Source: Patescibacteria group bacterium (GTDB lineage Bacteria > Patescibacteriota > CPR2 > UBA1875). From it: DNA of 64,000 nt. The number at the start of each line of letters is the position of its first letter. The stretch's first letter is position 1. Below the pieces are notes generated by a model that saw nothing but the letters and a program-made list of their open reading frames with translations, searched no databases and was not told the origin of the DNA. The stretch covers positions 56,360 through 120,359 of the forward strand of contig JBGSRK010000009.1 of NCBI GenBank assembly GCA_041737595.1, read 5' to 3'. Of the stretch, positions 28,799 through 39,472 are shown in pieces. The position numbers and the translations under genes were made by a program.

Positions 28799-29152
28799 AT
28801 GCGAAGGGGGAATTCAGGGGTCAAATATTTTTGGCTCGCGGTAGTTCTATACATAATCTTCTCAGTCGGTCGTTTAGCGTATAAGAATTACCAACTTAAT
28901 CTAGAAGAGGCTAATCTTAAACAAGATGTAGCTCAACTTCAGGTTGAAATTCAACAATTGAAAAATCAGATAGTATATTTTCAGTCAGATTCATATAAAG
29001 ATAAGATGATTCGATCAAAACTAAATATGCAAAAAGAAGGTGAAAAAGTTGTTGTAATCCCAGAATCACCTAAAATAACTGAGGTATCAGATAAATCTAA
29101 AGAAAAATTAAATAATCCGCAAAGATGGATGAGATATTTTTTCGGAATCTAG
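28799..29152 (+). CDS. septum formation initiator (FtsB/DivIC family)
   Basis: One TM helix, coiled coil, RSKLNMQKEGE motif. Confidence 0.8.
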   Translation: MRRGNSGVKYFWLAVVLYIIFSVGRLAYKNYQLNLEEANLKQDVAQLQVEIQQLKNQIVYFQSDSYKDKMIRSKLNMQKEGEKVVVIPESPKITEVSDKSKEKLNNPQRWMRYFFGI

Positions 29153-29199
29153 CGTTGATTTAAAGTTAATAAAATGCTAAAATATCAAAGTTAAAACGA

Positions 29200-29274
29200 C
29201 GCGGGGTAGAGCAGTGGTAGCTCGTCGGGCTCATAACCCGGAAGTCGCAGGTTCGAATCCTGCCCCCGCTACCA
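29200..29274 (+). tRNA. initiator tRNA-fMet(CAT)
   Basis: CGCGGGG start with unpaired C1, three G-C pairs in the anticodon stem, loop CTCATAA. Confidence 0.95.
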
Positions 29275-29300
29275 AGTTTATATATTGACAAAGAATAGAA

Positions 29301-29393
29301 TCGACAAAATCTGTCGATTTTGTCGAAAAAGAAGGAATCGCAAAAGGATGAAGACGTTTAATAGCGTCTGAATTCAAAAGCAGATTCCGACGC
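29301..29393 (+). repeat. tRNA-abutting palindrome plus hairpin element (arm 1)
   Basis: TCGACAAAATC-TGTC-GATTTTGTCGA, then GGAATC...GATTCC-GACGC directly before tRNA-Met. Confidence 0.8.
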
Positions 29394-29470
29394 GGCAGGG
29401 TAGCTCAGCTGGTTAGAGCACAGGACTCATAAGCCTGAGGTCGTGGGTTCGAGTCCCACCCCTGCTACCA
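29394..29470 (+). tRNA. tRNA-Met(CAT), probably elongator (Ile2 not excluded)
   Basis: GGCAGGG/CCCTGCT acceptor stem, loop CTCATAA, encoded CCA. Confidence 0.88.
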
Positions 29471-29573
29471 ACGGACTCGAAGGGTGTGAGTAGGAAACGA
29501 ATGCATGGAGTTTTCTGTGTGTAGCACCCAGGCTCTTTAGTCGGAGCGAAGAGGAGTCCCACCCCTGCTACCA
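29451..29573 (+). repeat. 20-nt direct repeat of tRNA-Met 3' end enclosing an 83-nt structured insert
   Basis: GAGTCCCACCCCTGCTACCA at 29451-29470 and 29554-29573. Confidence 0.9.
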
Positions 29574-29636
29574 TAAAAATATCTACATTATTTACATATA
29601 GAACTATAATAAAGTAAGTTAACGTTTAGGACACCT

Positions 29637-30929
29637 ATGGGGAATAAACCTTTTTTAGATTTAAATAAAAATATTTTAGTAAAAAACGACAAATTAATTG
29701 TTGCTGTTTCTGGTGGCGTTGATTCTGTTGTACTTTTGGATTTAATTACAAAAAATACTAATTCTAAAAATATAATAATCGTGCATATTAATCATGGTTT
29801 AAGAAAAGAATCCCTTGATGAAGCTATTTTTGTTGAAAAGTTAGCAAAAAAATATGGCATACAATATGAAACATCTAAATTAAATTTAAAAAATCCGACA
29901 GAAGAAAATTTAAGAAATTCACGCTATAAGTTTTTAAGAAAAATTAAAGAAAAATATAATGCAAAATACGTCGTAACCGCTCATCATCTTAATGATCAGG
30001 CCGAAACAGTTCTTTTATATTTAACTCGTGGGACTGGACCAACACAAATCTGGGGCATGAAAGAAATTGAAAATGATATTTGGCGCCCATTACTCTCATT
30101 TTCTAAAAAAGAAATTATTGCTTATGCCAAAGATAATAAATTAAAACACATAACTGATAAATCAAATTTAGATTCTAAATATTCTAGAAATCGAATTCGT
30201 AACAAAATTATCCCCGAGATTAATAAAATAAATGAAAATTTTTTAACTACGATTCAAAAAGAAATTATACTTGGGCAAGAATTGGAATATTTTATTAAGG
30301 AAGAGACAAAAAAAGCATTAAAAAATATCGCTAGTGGCAATACAATAGACCTTAAAAAGTTTAAAAAACTTAATATTTTTATCAAAAAAAGCATTCTTTT
30401 TGAAATGTTAAAAACTCATACTCCAAAAAAAGAAGGTATTTATCAAAAAAACGTTAATGAAATATTAAAAATCGCCGATTCTTCCGGAAATAAAATGTCA
30501 AAAATTGGAGGATTTACGGTGAGCAAAAATTATGATAAAATCATCTTTGATTTCAAGAGAAAAAAGTCACAAAAAAAGACACATTTAGTTTTAGGAGGGA
30601 ATAACTACAATAATTGGTCACTTATTCTTAGTAAAGAGAAGAATAAAAAGCCCACAAAAAACAATGTTTTACTCCCAATAAAATACGAAAATGAGCTTTT
30701 TGTTAGAAGTTGGAAAACTGGTGACAAAATAAGTACAAATATTGGGACAAAAAAGATTCAAGATATTTTTACTGACGCAAAAATTGATACGGAAAGTAGA
30801 AAAAACTGGCCAATAATTGTTTTTAGAAATAAAATTATTTGGGTCCCGAAACTTCAGGCAAGCATTTATGCGTTAAAAAAATCAAATGATAATAATTTAA
30901 TAATTGAGGTGAAAAATGAAAAAAGATAG
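29637..30929 (+). CDS. tilS: tRNA(Ile)-lysidine synthetase
   Basis: AVSGGVDS, HINHGLR, TAHHLNDQAET, RNRIR; upstream of ftsH. Confidence 0.95.
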   Translation: MGNKPFLDLNKNILVKNDKLIVAVSGGVDSVVLLDLITKNTNSKNIIIVHINHGLRKESLDEAIFVEKLAKKYGIQYETSKLNLKNPTEENLRNSRYKFLRKIKEKYNAKYVVTAHHLNDQAETVLLYLTRGTGPTQIWGMKEIENDIWRPLLSFSKKEIIAYAKDNKLKHITDKSNLDSKYSRNRIRNKIIPEINKINENFLTTIQKEIILGQELEYFIKEETKKALKNIASGNTIDLKKFKKLNIFIKKSILFEMLKTHTPKKEGIYQKNVNEILKIADSSGNKMSKIGGFTVSKNYDKIIFDFKRKKSQKKTHLVLGGNNYNNWSLILSKEKNKKPTKNNVLLPIKYENELFVRSWKTGDKISTNIGTKKIQDIFTDAKIDTESRKNWPIIVFRNKIIWVPKLQASIYALKKSNDNNLIIEVKNEKR

Positions 30930-32736
30930 TAATAAAAATTGGATATATATAGTAGGGTTCATTTTTTTAATGATTTCTTTCTACTTTATACTTGGTGACC
31001 CACTAACTAAAAAAGAAACGGTTCCAATTTCTCAGGTAGCAGAAGAAATTAAAGCAGAAAAAGTAGAATCTATTTCTGTATCTGGGACTGAAGTCACTGT
31101 AAATTTAAAAGATAATTCAAAACAAACCTCTGAAATTGCTGCAGGACAACAAATTACTACTACATTAAAAGACCTTGGAGCAGACCCTTCAAAAGTAAGA
31201 CTTGAAATCAAGGAGGGCGGGGGGAATAGTATGTTTTGGGCAATATTTATAAGCTTTGCTCCTGTACTTTTAATTGTCGGGTTCTTTTGGTATATGATGA
31301 AACAGGCGCAGGGTTCAAACAATCAAGCAATGACTTTCGGAAAATCAAAAGCAAAACTTTTTGATCCAAATCGAGAAAAAGTAACCTTTAATGATGTCGC
31401 TGGAGCAGAAGAATCAAAACAAGAACTGTTAGAAATAGTAGAATTTTTGAAATATCCCAAAAAATTCACCGCTCTTGGAGCAAAAATTCCAAAAGGTGTT
31501 CTTCTTTTTGGGCCTCCAGGAACAGGAAAAACATTGATGGCCAGAGCAGTTGCAGGAGAAGCTGGAGTCCCGTTCTTTTCAATTTCTGGTTCTGAATTTG
31601 TTGAAATGTTTGTTGGGGTAGGGGCTTCTCGGGTACGAGATTTATTTTCTCGAGCAAAAAAGAATGCTCCTTGTATAATTTTTATTGATGAAATTGATGC
31701 AGTTGGAAGACAACGAGGATCTGGGCTTGGTGGCTCACATGATGAAAGAGAACAAACCTTAAATCAAATACTGACAGAAATGGATGGATTTGAACAAGGT
31801 GCAAATGTTATTGTTATGGCCGCTACAAATCGTCCTGATGTTTTAGACCCTGCTCTTCTTAGACCTGGACGGTTTGATCGTAGAGTAACGCTTGATCTTC
31901 CGGATATAAAAGATAGAGAAGCTATTCTTAAAGTACACTCAAAAAATAAACCACTCATAAAGGGCGTTGATCTTATGGTTGTTGCTAGAAAAACTCCAGG
32001 TTTTTCAGGTGCAGATCTATCAAACATGATGAATGAAGCTGCAATTTTCACTGCCAGAGCTAATCGTAAAGAAATTACTTTACCTGATCTTTTAGAAGCA
32101 TCTGAAAAAGTAATGCTTGGACCAGAAAGAAAAAGTATGGTTATTTCTACAAAAGAGAAAGAAATAACTGCTTATCATGAAGCGGGTCACGCCATTGTCG
32201 GTCATCTTTTAGTGCATACTGACCCTATCCATAAAATATCAATTATATCTCGAGGTATGGCTCTTGGACTTACTTGGAGCCTACCCGAAGAAGATAAAAG
32301 ATTAGTTTCCAAATCTGAAATGGAAGACAAAATTGCTATGGCTCTTGGAGGAAGAATAGCCGAAGAATTAATATTCAATGAGATAACAACTGGAGCTGGT
32401 TCTGATATGGAAGAGGCAACAAAAACAGCTCGAAATATGGTTACAAGATATGGGATGAGTAAAAACTTAGGGCCTCAAATATATGGGAAGAGAGATGAAT
32501 TAGTTTTTCTTGGTAGGGAACTTGCAGAACATGAAAAAAATTATTCTGAAGAAGTTGCAGCTAAAATAGATAAAGAAGTTTCTGATATTATTACTGAAGC
32601 TTATAAAAAAGCATCTTTAGTTATTTCAAAAAATAAGAATAAATTAAAAGAAATTGCGGAAAAACTTATCAAAAATGAAACAATAGAAGCTGAAGAATTT
32701 GAGAAAATAATGGGAGCTAGGCCTAAAAAGAAATAG
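30916..32736 (+). CDS. ftsH: ATP-dependent zinc metalloprotease FtsH
   Basis: Two TM helices, [26 protein letters not shown]. Confidence 0.98.
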   Translation: MKKDSNKNWIYIVGFIFLMISFYFILGDPLTKKETVPISQVAEEIKAEKVESISVSGTEVTVNLKDNSKQTSEIAAGQQITTTLKDLGADPSKVRLEIKEGGGNSMFWAIFISFAPVLLIVGFFWYMMKQAQGSNNQAMTFGKSKAKLFDPNREKVTFNDVAGAEESKQELLEIVEFLKYPKKFTALGAKIPKGVLLFGPPGTGKTLMARAVAGEAGVPFFSISGSEFVEMFVGVGASRVRDLFSRAKKNAPCIIFIDEIDAVGRQRGSGLGGSHDEREQTLNQILTEMDGFEQGANVIVMAATNRPDVLDPALLRPGRFDRRVTLDLPDIKDREAILKVHSKNKPLIKGVDLMVVARKTPGFSGADLSNMMNEAAIFTARANRKEITLPDLLEASEKVMLGPERKSMVISTKEKEITAYHEAGHAIVGHLLVHTDPIHKISIISRGMALGLTWSLPEEDKRLVSKSEMEDKIAMALGGRIAEELIFNEITTGAGSDMEEATKTARNMVTRYGMSKNLGPQIYGKRDELVFLGRELAEHEKNYSEEVAAKIDKEVSDIITEAYKKASLVISKNKNKLKEIAEKLIKNETIEAEEFEKIMGARPKKK

Positions 32737-34352
32737 TGAAAGAAAGAGCTAAAAAATTTTGGTATGAGATTTCTCAGAAAAAGCTGACAATACCATCGGC
32801 TGCTTTAATATTGGCAGTAACCGCAACTATCTCAAATCTTTTAGGTGTATACCGTGAAAGATTAATTGCAGGACAATTTGGAGCAACTCATTTAACTGAT
32901 ATTTTTTACGCCAGTTTCAAAATACCCGATCTTATATTTAATTTATTAGTACTTGGGGCTGTTTCATCTGCATTCATCCCAATTTTTGTTGATTCTTTAA
33001 AAAAAGACACTAAAGAAGAATCAAATTTAATCGCTTCAAACTTTATGAATTTTTTATCGATCGCGACTATCATATTTGGAGTTGTTATTTTTGTTCTTGC
33101 AAGAAAACTTGTACCATTTTTACTCCCAGGTTTTTTTGCTAACGGTGTTAATGCAGATTTTAACACTTTTGAGGTAGCCGTAAATGCGGTCAGGATAATG
33201 GTCCTTTCACCTGTTTTTTTCGCAATATCTTCAGTTTTTTCAGGTATATTAAACTCACACAAAAAATTTGTAGCCTATGCCATGGCGCCAATTGTTTATA
33301 ATATCTCAATTATTATTGGGATAATCTTCTTTACTAGTAAAACAGGTTCTCCAATTTATGGTCTTTTGTATGGAGTAATTCTTGGAGCAATTTTACATGC
33401 ATTAATTCAATTACCTTCTGCTTTTATAAATGGTTTTCGTTGGAAACCGGTCTTAAATTTAAGAAAATACGAATTACCTCAAATAATAAAACTAATGGTC
33501 CCTAGAACTATTTCTATAGGAGTTGGGCAAATAAATATCTTAGTTGATACAATTATTGCTTCATATTTTGTTGGCGGGATTACGGTACTTAATTTTGCTA
33601 ATAATATTCAAACTGTTCCAACAGTAATTTTTGGAATATCAATTGCAACTGCAGTATTCCCACTTTTGGCGGAAAAATCAGGTCCAGAAAGCAAAAAAGA
33701 ATTTCTTGCTACATTCTCTGAGTCAGCTCGGAAAATATTATATTTTATGATTCCTGCAGCTATTGGAGTAATTGTACTCCGGGCACAAATTGTAAGACTT
33801 TTATATGGAGTTGGTAATTTTAGTTGGGATAATACTTATTGGACTACAAAAGCACTTGGGTTTTTTGCAATTGGACTTATTGCACAAGGGTTAATCCCTT
33901 TACTTGTTAGAGCCTTTTATGCATTAAAAGATACAAAAACACCGTTGATAATTAGTCTTATTGTTATGGCAACAAATTTAATATTTTCTCTTTCTCTCCC
34001 ATTTATACCAAAACTTGGGCTTGGAATTGCAGGTGTAGCACTTGCCTTTTCTATTGCAGGGTTTGTAAATATTATCCTTTTATTCTGGTTTTTACATGGC
34101 AAAGTTGGTGCCCTTGATAAAGATAATAAAATTTTTGCATCTACTACAAGACTTTTGTTTTCTGCTACTATTATGGGTCTTGTAGCTCATTATTCACTTT
34201 ATCTATTTGATCCATTTTTGAATACTCACACTGTTATTGGCCTTCTCATACAAACAAGTGGAGCAATTACACTTGGAGCAATAACTTACTTTGGTCTTTC
34301 ACATTTTTTCAAATGTGACGAAGCTGGATATATTTTTAAAAAATCTATCTAA
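32736..34352 (+). CDS. murJ: lipid II flippase MurJ
   Basis: FKIPDLIFN, SAFIPIF, RAFYALKDTKTP. Confidence 0.93.
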   Translation: MKERAKKFWYEISQKKLTIPSAALILAVTATISNLLGVYRERLIAGQFGATHLTDIFYASFKIPDLIFNLLVLGAVSSAFIPIFVDSLKKDTKEESNLIASNFMNFLSIATIIFGVVIFVLARKLVPFLLPGFFANGVNADFNTFEVAVNAVRIMVLSPVFFAISSVFSGILNSHKKFVAYAMAPIVYNISIIIGIIFFTSKTGSPIYGLLYGVILGAILHALIQLPSAFINGFRWKPVLNLRKYELPQIIKLMVPRTISIGVGQINILVDTIIASYFVGGITVLNFANNIQTVPTVIFGISIATAVFPLLAEKSGPESKKEFLATFSESARKILYFMIPAAIGVIVLRAQIVRLLYGVGNFSWDNTYWTTKALGFFAIGLIAQGLIPLLVRAFYALKDTKTPLIISLIVMATNLIFSLSLPFIPKLGLGIAGVALAFSIAGFVNIILLFWFLHGKVGALDKDNKIFASTTRLLFSATIMGLVAHYSLYLFDPFLNTHTVIGLLIQTSGAITLGAITYFGLSHFFKCDEAGYIFKKSI

Positions 34353-35401
34353 AGTTTCAAATTTGGATCAGCAACAAAATTATTATTCCCTTTATCACCT
34401 TTTTTAATATGATAAAAAGCTGCAGCTCCCATCATCCCTGCATTATCTGTACAAAGATTGAACTCAGGGATAATAAATGTAGTTTTGCCTTTAAGTGCAA
34501 TCGTAAGAGATTCCCTTAATGATTTATTTGCAGCAACCCCACCTGAAAGTATAAATGTCTTTGGTTTATATTTTTCCACTGCACGAAGTGAATTTTGTAC
34601 TAATGTGTCTATTACCGCTTTTTGGAATGATGCAGCAATATCATTTTTATTTTTCTCGGTTAATTTATTTTCTCCGATTTTTTTTACTTGGTTTATTACA
34701 GCTGTTTTTAGCCCAGAGAATGAAAAATCCAAAGAAAGTTCCGGATATTTCAAAAACATATCTTCTCCTCTTTCAGGGCTTGGGGTTAAATCAATAACAG
34801 GAAATTTATAAGCATTTTCATCACCCTGTACTGCTGCGACTGAAATTGCTGGCCCTCCTGGATAACCAAGACCCAAAACTTTTGAAACTTTATCAAAAGC
34901 CTCTCCCGCTGCATCATCTTTTGTAGTTCCAATAATCTTATATTCTAAGTGGTCAGACATATAGATAAGCATTGAATGACCACCAGATACGAGTAAAGCG
35001 ACTATTGGGAATTTTGGCTTAACGTCAGATAAAAAGTTTGCATAAAAATGACCCTCTAGGTGATTTAGTGGGATTATAGGTTTATTATAAACTGCAGCAA
35101 TTGCCTTTGTTGTTTCGACTCCAACTACAAGAGAACCAATAAGACCAGGGCCTGAGGTAACTGAAAAATAATCTATATCGGCAATATTTACTTTTGCCTT
35201 CGTTAAACATTCTGAGATTACAGGGATAATATTTTCTATATGAGCTCTTGCTGCTACCTCAGGGACAACTCCACCAAATTCTTTATGAATATCAATCTGA
35301 GAAGAAACAATATTTGAAAGTAAAACAGGATTACCTGATTTTTCTGTTATAACGGCGGCCGATGTTTCATCGCAAGATGATTCAATTGCTAATATATTCA
35401 C
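34349..35401 (-). CDS. tsaD: tRNA N6-adenosine threonylcarbamoyltransferase
   Basis: IESSCDETS, GGVVPEVAARAH, HLEGH, DDAAGEAFDK, FSFSGLKT, CTDNA. Confidence 0.97.
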   Translation of the reverse strand: MNILAIESSCDETSAAVITEKSGNPVLLSNIVSSQIDIHKEFGGVVPEVAARAHIENIIPVISECLTKAKVNIADIDYFSVTSGPGLIGSLVVGVETTKAIAAVYNKPIIPLNHLEGHFYANFLSDVKPKFPIVALLVSGGHSMLIYMSDHLEYKIIGTTKDDAAGEAFDKVSKVLGLGYPGGPAISVAAVQGDENAYKFPVIDLTPSPERGEDMFLKYPELSLDFSFSGLKTAVINQVKKIGENKLTEKNKNDIAASFQKAVIDTLVQNSLRAVEKYKPKTFILSGGVAANKSLRESLTIALKGKTTFIIPEFNLCTDNAGMMGAAAFYHIKKGDKGNNNFVADPNLKL

Positions 35402-35438
35402 CCGTGTATTCTATCAGTTATGTTAAAATATTAGAAGT

Positions 35439-36350
35439 ATGCAAAAAGATTTATATAAAAAAAATAATAATATTTTCCAATCCAAGGATTGGCTGTCTTT
35501 TCAGAGTGATTTTGGGAGAGATATTATAACTAGCAAAAACTTATCTTTTATAAAAATTGATTTACCATTTAAAAAATTTGGACTTTTATCTCAAAAATCT
35601 CCAGAAAAATTTGACCTTAATGAGTTAAAAAAAATTGGAAAAGATAATAATGCGATATTTATAAGAGTTGAGCCAAAAGAAAATATAAATTTAAAAGAGT
35701 TAAAAAAAATAACTAAAAAATCACTGCTTTCCGGTCAAGCATCTCCTAAAGCGACACAAATTTTAGATATTTCAGGTTCAGAAGATGAAATTTTAAAAAA
35801 TATGAAACCTAAAACTAGATATAATATTCGTCTCGCTGAAAAAAAGGGCGTAAAAGTAAAGGTTTCAGATAACGTAGATGTTTTTTATGAACTACTAGAA
35901 AAAACTGCCAAAAGAGAAAAGGGTTATTCTCCACATATAAAAGATTATTATTTAAAAATGATAAAAAATCTAAAAGATAATAATTTCGCACATATATTTA
36001 TTGCAGAGCATGATGATGAACCGCTAGCGGGTATTTTAGTTTCCTTTTATGGTGATACTGCAATATATTTACATGGCGGGTTTAACGATTTAAAAAGAAA
36101 TTTTATGGCTCCATATTTATGCCAATGGGAAGCAATAAAATATGCCAAAAGCCAAGGGTGTAAATATTATGATTTTTGGGGAGTCGCAGAAAGTAATGAC
36201 CCGCTTGACCCTTGGGCCGGAATTACAAGATTTAAAGAGGGTTTCGGTGGGGAAAAGGTAATATTTACAGGAACTTATGATATTGTTATTAATAAATTCT
36301 GGTATAATATTTTAACCTTAGGGGCAAAAATTAAACATATGGTGAAATAA
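35439..36350 (+). CDS. FemABX-family peptidoglycan bridge peptidyltransferase
   Basis: KTRYNIRLAEKKGV, QWEAI, YDFWG, GITRFKEGFGG. Confidence 0.9.
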   Translation: MQKDLYKKNNNIFQSKDWLSFQSDFGRDIITSKNLSFIKIDLPFKKFGLLSQKSPEKFDLNELKKIGKDNNAIFIRVEPKENINLKELKKITKKSLLSGQASPKATQILDISGSEDEILKNMKPKTRYNIRLAEKKGVKVKVSDNVDVFYELLEKTAKREKGYSPHIKDYYLKMIKNLKDNNFAHIFIAEHDDEPLAGILVSFYGDTAIYLHGGFNDLKRNFMAPYLCQWEAIKYAKSQGCKYYDFWGVAESNDPLDPWAGITRFKEGFGGEKVIFTGTYDIVINKFWYNILTLGAKIKHMVK

Positions 36351-37651
36351 TGTTAGAAAAATTATTAAATTTTGGAAGAAAATTAATACCAAGAAAAATA
36401 TTTAGATTTTTCCAGCCAGCTTATCATTATTTACTTGCATTATCTGGTAATATTTTTTATAGATTCCCAGGTAAAAAAATGATTTGTATAGGCGTTACTG
36501 GGACAAATGGTAAATCAACAACAGTTGAACTGATAAACTCAATTTTAAAATCTGCAGGCTATAAAACTGGCATGATTTCAACTGTAGCCTTTGAAATTGC
36601 AGGCAAAAGAGAAGATAACAAGACATCAAGAACAACATTGGGACGTTGGCAGACTCCAAAAATGCTTCGGAAAATGGTAAAAGCTGGTTGTAAGTATGCT
36701 GTTGTTGAAGTTGCTTCTGAGGGAATATTACACTTTAGGACCTGGGGGATACCATTTGATGTTGCTGTTTTTACAAATTTATCACCCGAACATTTAAATA
36801 CCCACAAAACAATGGCTAATTATAGAAATACAAAGGGGAAATTATTTGCAAACCTTTCACTATCTAAAAAGAAAAAGGGTATATTAAAGATTAATATCTA
36901 TAACGCAGAGGATAAAGAAAGTAATTATTTTGGCTCTTTTCCTGCGGATAAACATATAAGTTACGGATTCAATAAAGGAAATGTTTTAATAAAAAATCTT
37001 AGTGAAACTCAAGGACTAATGTTTGATCTAAAATATCTAAATAAAAGTTACCCGATTAAATCTGATCTTACGGCGGCTTTTAATGCTCAAAATATTGCGG
37101 CTTCCTGGTGCGTTGGTCTTTCTCAAAATATAGATCCGAAAGATATAGCCAAAGGGATAAATAATTTACATTCAGTAAAAGGTAGAATGGAAAAGGTAAC
37201 TGAAAAAAACGGAGTAAAATATTTTATAGATTATGCGATGACTCCAGATTCATATGAGATGTTAATATCAGAGATGAAAAAAATAGCGAAAGGAAAAGTT
37301 ATTTTAGTTTTTGGAGCAGCAGGTGATCGTGATAAATTAAAGCGACCAAAAATAGGTGAGATTGCCGCGAAAAACGCTGATTTTTCTATACTTACAGATG
37401 ACGAATCATATTCGGAAGATACAAAAAAAATTATAGAAGAGATTGAGGTTGGTTTTAAAAAAGCGAAAAAAAATAACTATAAAGTAATTCTGGATAGAAA
37501 AAATGCTTTCCGTGAAGCGGTGAAAATAGCAAAAGATGGTGATGTTGTTGTAATCCCAGGAATAGGGCATGAATCTTTTAGAAATATTGGTGGAAACAAT
37601 AAAATACCTTGGAATGAGTCGGAAATTATTAGAAAAATTGTAAATAAATAA
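36350..37651 (+). CDS. murE: UDP-MurNAc-tripeptide ligase
   Basis: GVTGTNGKST, EVASEG, FTNLSPEHL, DYA, FGAAGDRD..KRP, GIGHE. Confidence 0.9.
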   Translation: MLEKLLNFGRKLIPRKIFRFFQPAYHYLLALSGNIFYRFPGKKMICIGVTGTNGKSTTVELINSILKSAGYKTGMISTVAFEIAGKREDNKTSRTTLGRWQTPKMLRKMVKAGCKYAVVEVASEGILHFRTWGIPFDVAVFTNLSPEHLNTHKTMANYRNTKGKLFANLSLSKKKKGILKINIYNAEDKESNYFGSFPADKHISYGFNKGNVLIKNLSETQGLMFDLKYLNKSYPIKSDLTAAFNAQNIAASWCVGLSQNIDPKDIAKGINNLHSVKGRMEKVTEKNGVKYFIDYAMTPDSYEMLISEMKKIAKGKVILVFGAAGDRDKLKRPKIGEIAAKNADFSILTDDESYSEDTKKIIEEIEVGFKKAKKNNYKVILDRKNAFREAVKIAKDGDVVVIPGIGHESFRNIGGNNKIPWNESEIIRKIVNK

Positions 37652-37665
37652 TTTAATTTGAGTTA

Positions 37666-37704
37666 CGGGCTCCGCTCACTAGAAAATCCTAGGAGCGGAG
37701 CCCG
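37666..37704. terminator. GC-rich hairpin between murE and the convergent small ORF
   Basis: CGGGCTCCGCTC...GAGCGGAGCCCG. Confidence 0.7.
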
Positions 37705-37799
37705 CAGTTGTTGGGCCATAATGAGCCCGTAGCAGTTTTTTTGGCGCCTCCCTTTTCGCTCGTTGGTTCCGGGCGTCACCCGGCCTTCTTAGACAAGGA

Positions 37800-37955
37800 T
37801 CACCTCCGCCGCCCAAAGGGTATAGAACGGACAGAAAGCCCATGATCACGACGATACTGCCTCATAAGAGATGCATTTCGTCTGCGTGGATGAACATTTA
37901 TCCGAGAACCGAGTGCAATAAGGAAGTACAGCACCAATATTAAGGTGCGTTTCAC
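37800..37955 (-). CDS. putative 51-aa small protein, hydrophobic N-terminus and Arg-rich tail
   Basis: Not in the ORF track; AAGGGGAG RBS, GTG start, MKRTLILVLYFLIALGSRINVHPRRRNASLMRQYRRDHGLSVRSIPFGRRR. Confidence 0.5.
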   Translation of the reverse strand: MKRTLILVLYFLIALGSRINVHPRRRNASLMRQYRRDHGLSVRSIPFGRRR

Positions 37956-38143
37956 GGTTCTCCCCTTCTTTTGACTAGATGATTTGCTTTTCTTCTCTCT
38001 TTGGAGCTAAAAACTATTACCTTCCGTGAGAAGTTATCCTCACAAATTGTAATGAGTTACTTCCCAATGTTTGTCCCATTGTTATTATAATTTTAGCATA
38101 ACTTTATTTTAAGAAAAGATACTTTTAGGGTACAATATATTTA

Positions 38144-39472
38144 ATGAATTTATCAGCTTTTAAAGCATATGATATCCGTGGACAATATCCAGAAGAAGTT
38201 AATGAGGATTTAGCTTATTCTGTTGGTAGAGCACTAGTTAGAAAGTTATCTGCTAAAACTATTGTTGTAGGGCGTGATATGAGACTATCTTCTCCTTCAC
38301 TTTCAGAAAAAATTATTGAAGGAGTAACCTGCGAGGGGGCTGATGTAATTAACATTGGAATGTGTACAACCCCAATGCTTAATTTTGCAGTCGCAAATTA
38401 CGGGTATGATGGTGGAATTATGATTACTGCATCTCATAACCCTGGCAAAGACAATGCTTTTAAAGTTATTGGGCCTGGTGCAATTCAATTAGATGAAGAT
38501 TACGGACTTTCTGATTTAAAAGAAATTGTAAAAAAAGGGTTTGGACAATGTGCAAGAAGTGGGGCTGTAACTGAAAAAGAAGTACTTTCAGATTATTTAT
38601 CTCATTTAATGTCACAAGCGACTAATATTAATCATATGAAAATTGCGGTAGATTATGGGAATGGTGTTGGAGCTATTTCTGCAAAACCTCTTTTTGCGAG
38701 ATTAGATGTGGAAACTATTGATATGTACGAAGAGCCTGATGGAAACTTCCCTAATCATCCTGCAAACCCTCATGATGAAATAAATTTTAATGATTTAAAA
38801 AAGAAAGTAATAGATGAAAATTGTGATCTTGGTATATTTTTTGATGGTGATGCCGACCGTGCAACTTTTGTAGATGAGAATGGCAGTATTATTCCTATTG
38901 ATCTTTTAGTTACACTTTTTGCCTTAGAAAAAATTAAGTTAGAAAAAAGTGGGAAAGTATATTATGATTTAAGATTTTCAAAATCTATTCCTGACCATAT
39001 AAAAAAGGCTGGCGGAGAGCCAATAATGATGAGAGTTGGGAATCCTTTCTATAAAAGAAGACTTACAAAAGAAGGAGGACTTTTAGGCGCCGAATTTTCT
39101 GGTCATATTATGTTTCCTGAAAATTTTAATATGGATGATGGTCTTTTTGCGGCAATAAAAACAATCAAATTAATTTCAGATTCAAATAAAAAGATCTCTG
39201 AACTAATTGAATCTGTTAGAGAATATTTTGCTTCACCTGAAGAATCATATGAAGCAAAAAACCCAGATACAGTTCAAGATAGATTAATAAATGCTTTTCC
39301 TGAAGCTTCGAAAATCGAACTAGATGGTACTTATCTTGATTTTATAGATGGCTTTATATCTGTTAGGCAATCAAAAAATGAGCCTCAGCTTTTTAGAATT
39401 AGGGTAGAAGCAAAAACGCCCGAAAAACTTTCCGCGCGTTTTAAAAAAGTAAAAGAAATTGTGCTATCTTAA
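38144..39472 (+). CDS. phosphomannomutase/phosphoglucomutase
   Basis: FKAYDIRG, TASHNP, FDGDADR, AEFSGH. Confidence 0.95.
   Translation: MNLSAFKAYDIRGQYPEEVNEDLAYSVGRALVRKLSAKTIVVGRDMRLSSPSLSEKIIEGVTCEGADVINIGMCTTPMLNFAVANYGYDGGIMITASHNPGKDNAFKVIGPGAIQLDEDYGLSDLKEIVKKGFGQCARSGAVTEKEVLSDYLSHLMSQATNINHMKIAVDYGNGVGAISAKPLFARLDVETIDMYEEPDGNFPNHPANPHDEINFNDLKKKVIDENCDLGIFFDGDADRATFVDENGSIIPIDLLVTLFALEKIKLEKSGKVYYDLRFSKSIPDHIKKAGGEPIMMRVGNPFYKRRLTKEGGLLGAEFSGHIMFPENFNMDDGLFAAIKTIKLISDSNKKISELIESVREYFASPEESYEAKNPDTVQDRLINAFPEASKIELDGTYLDFIDGFISVRQSKNEPQLFRIRVEAKTPEKLSARFKKVKEIVLS

Noticed and set aside
37797-37807. GGATCACCTCC, identical to the 16S rRNA 3' tail
   Set aside because: No flanking rRNA sequence; better read as a Shine-Dalgarno on the minus strand
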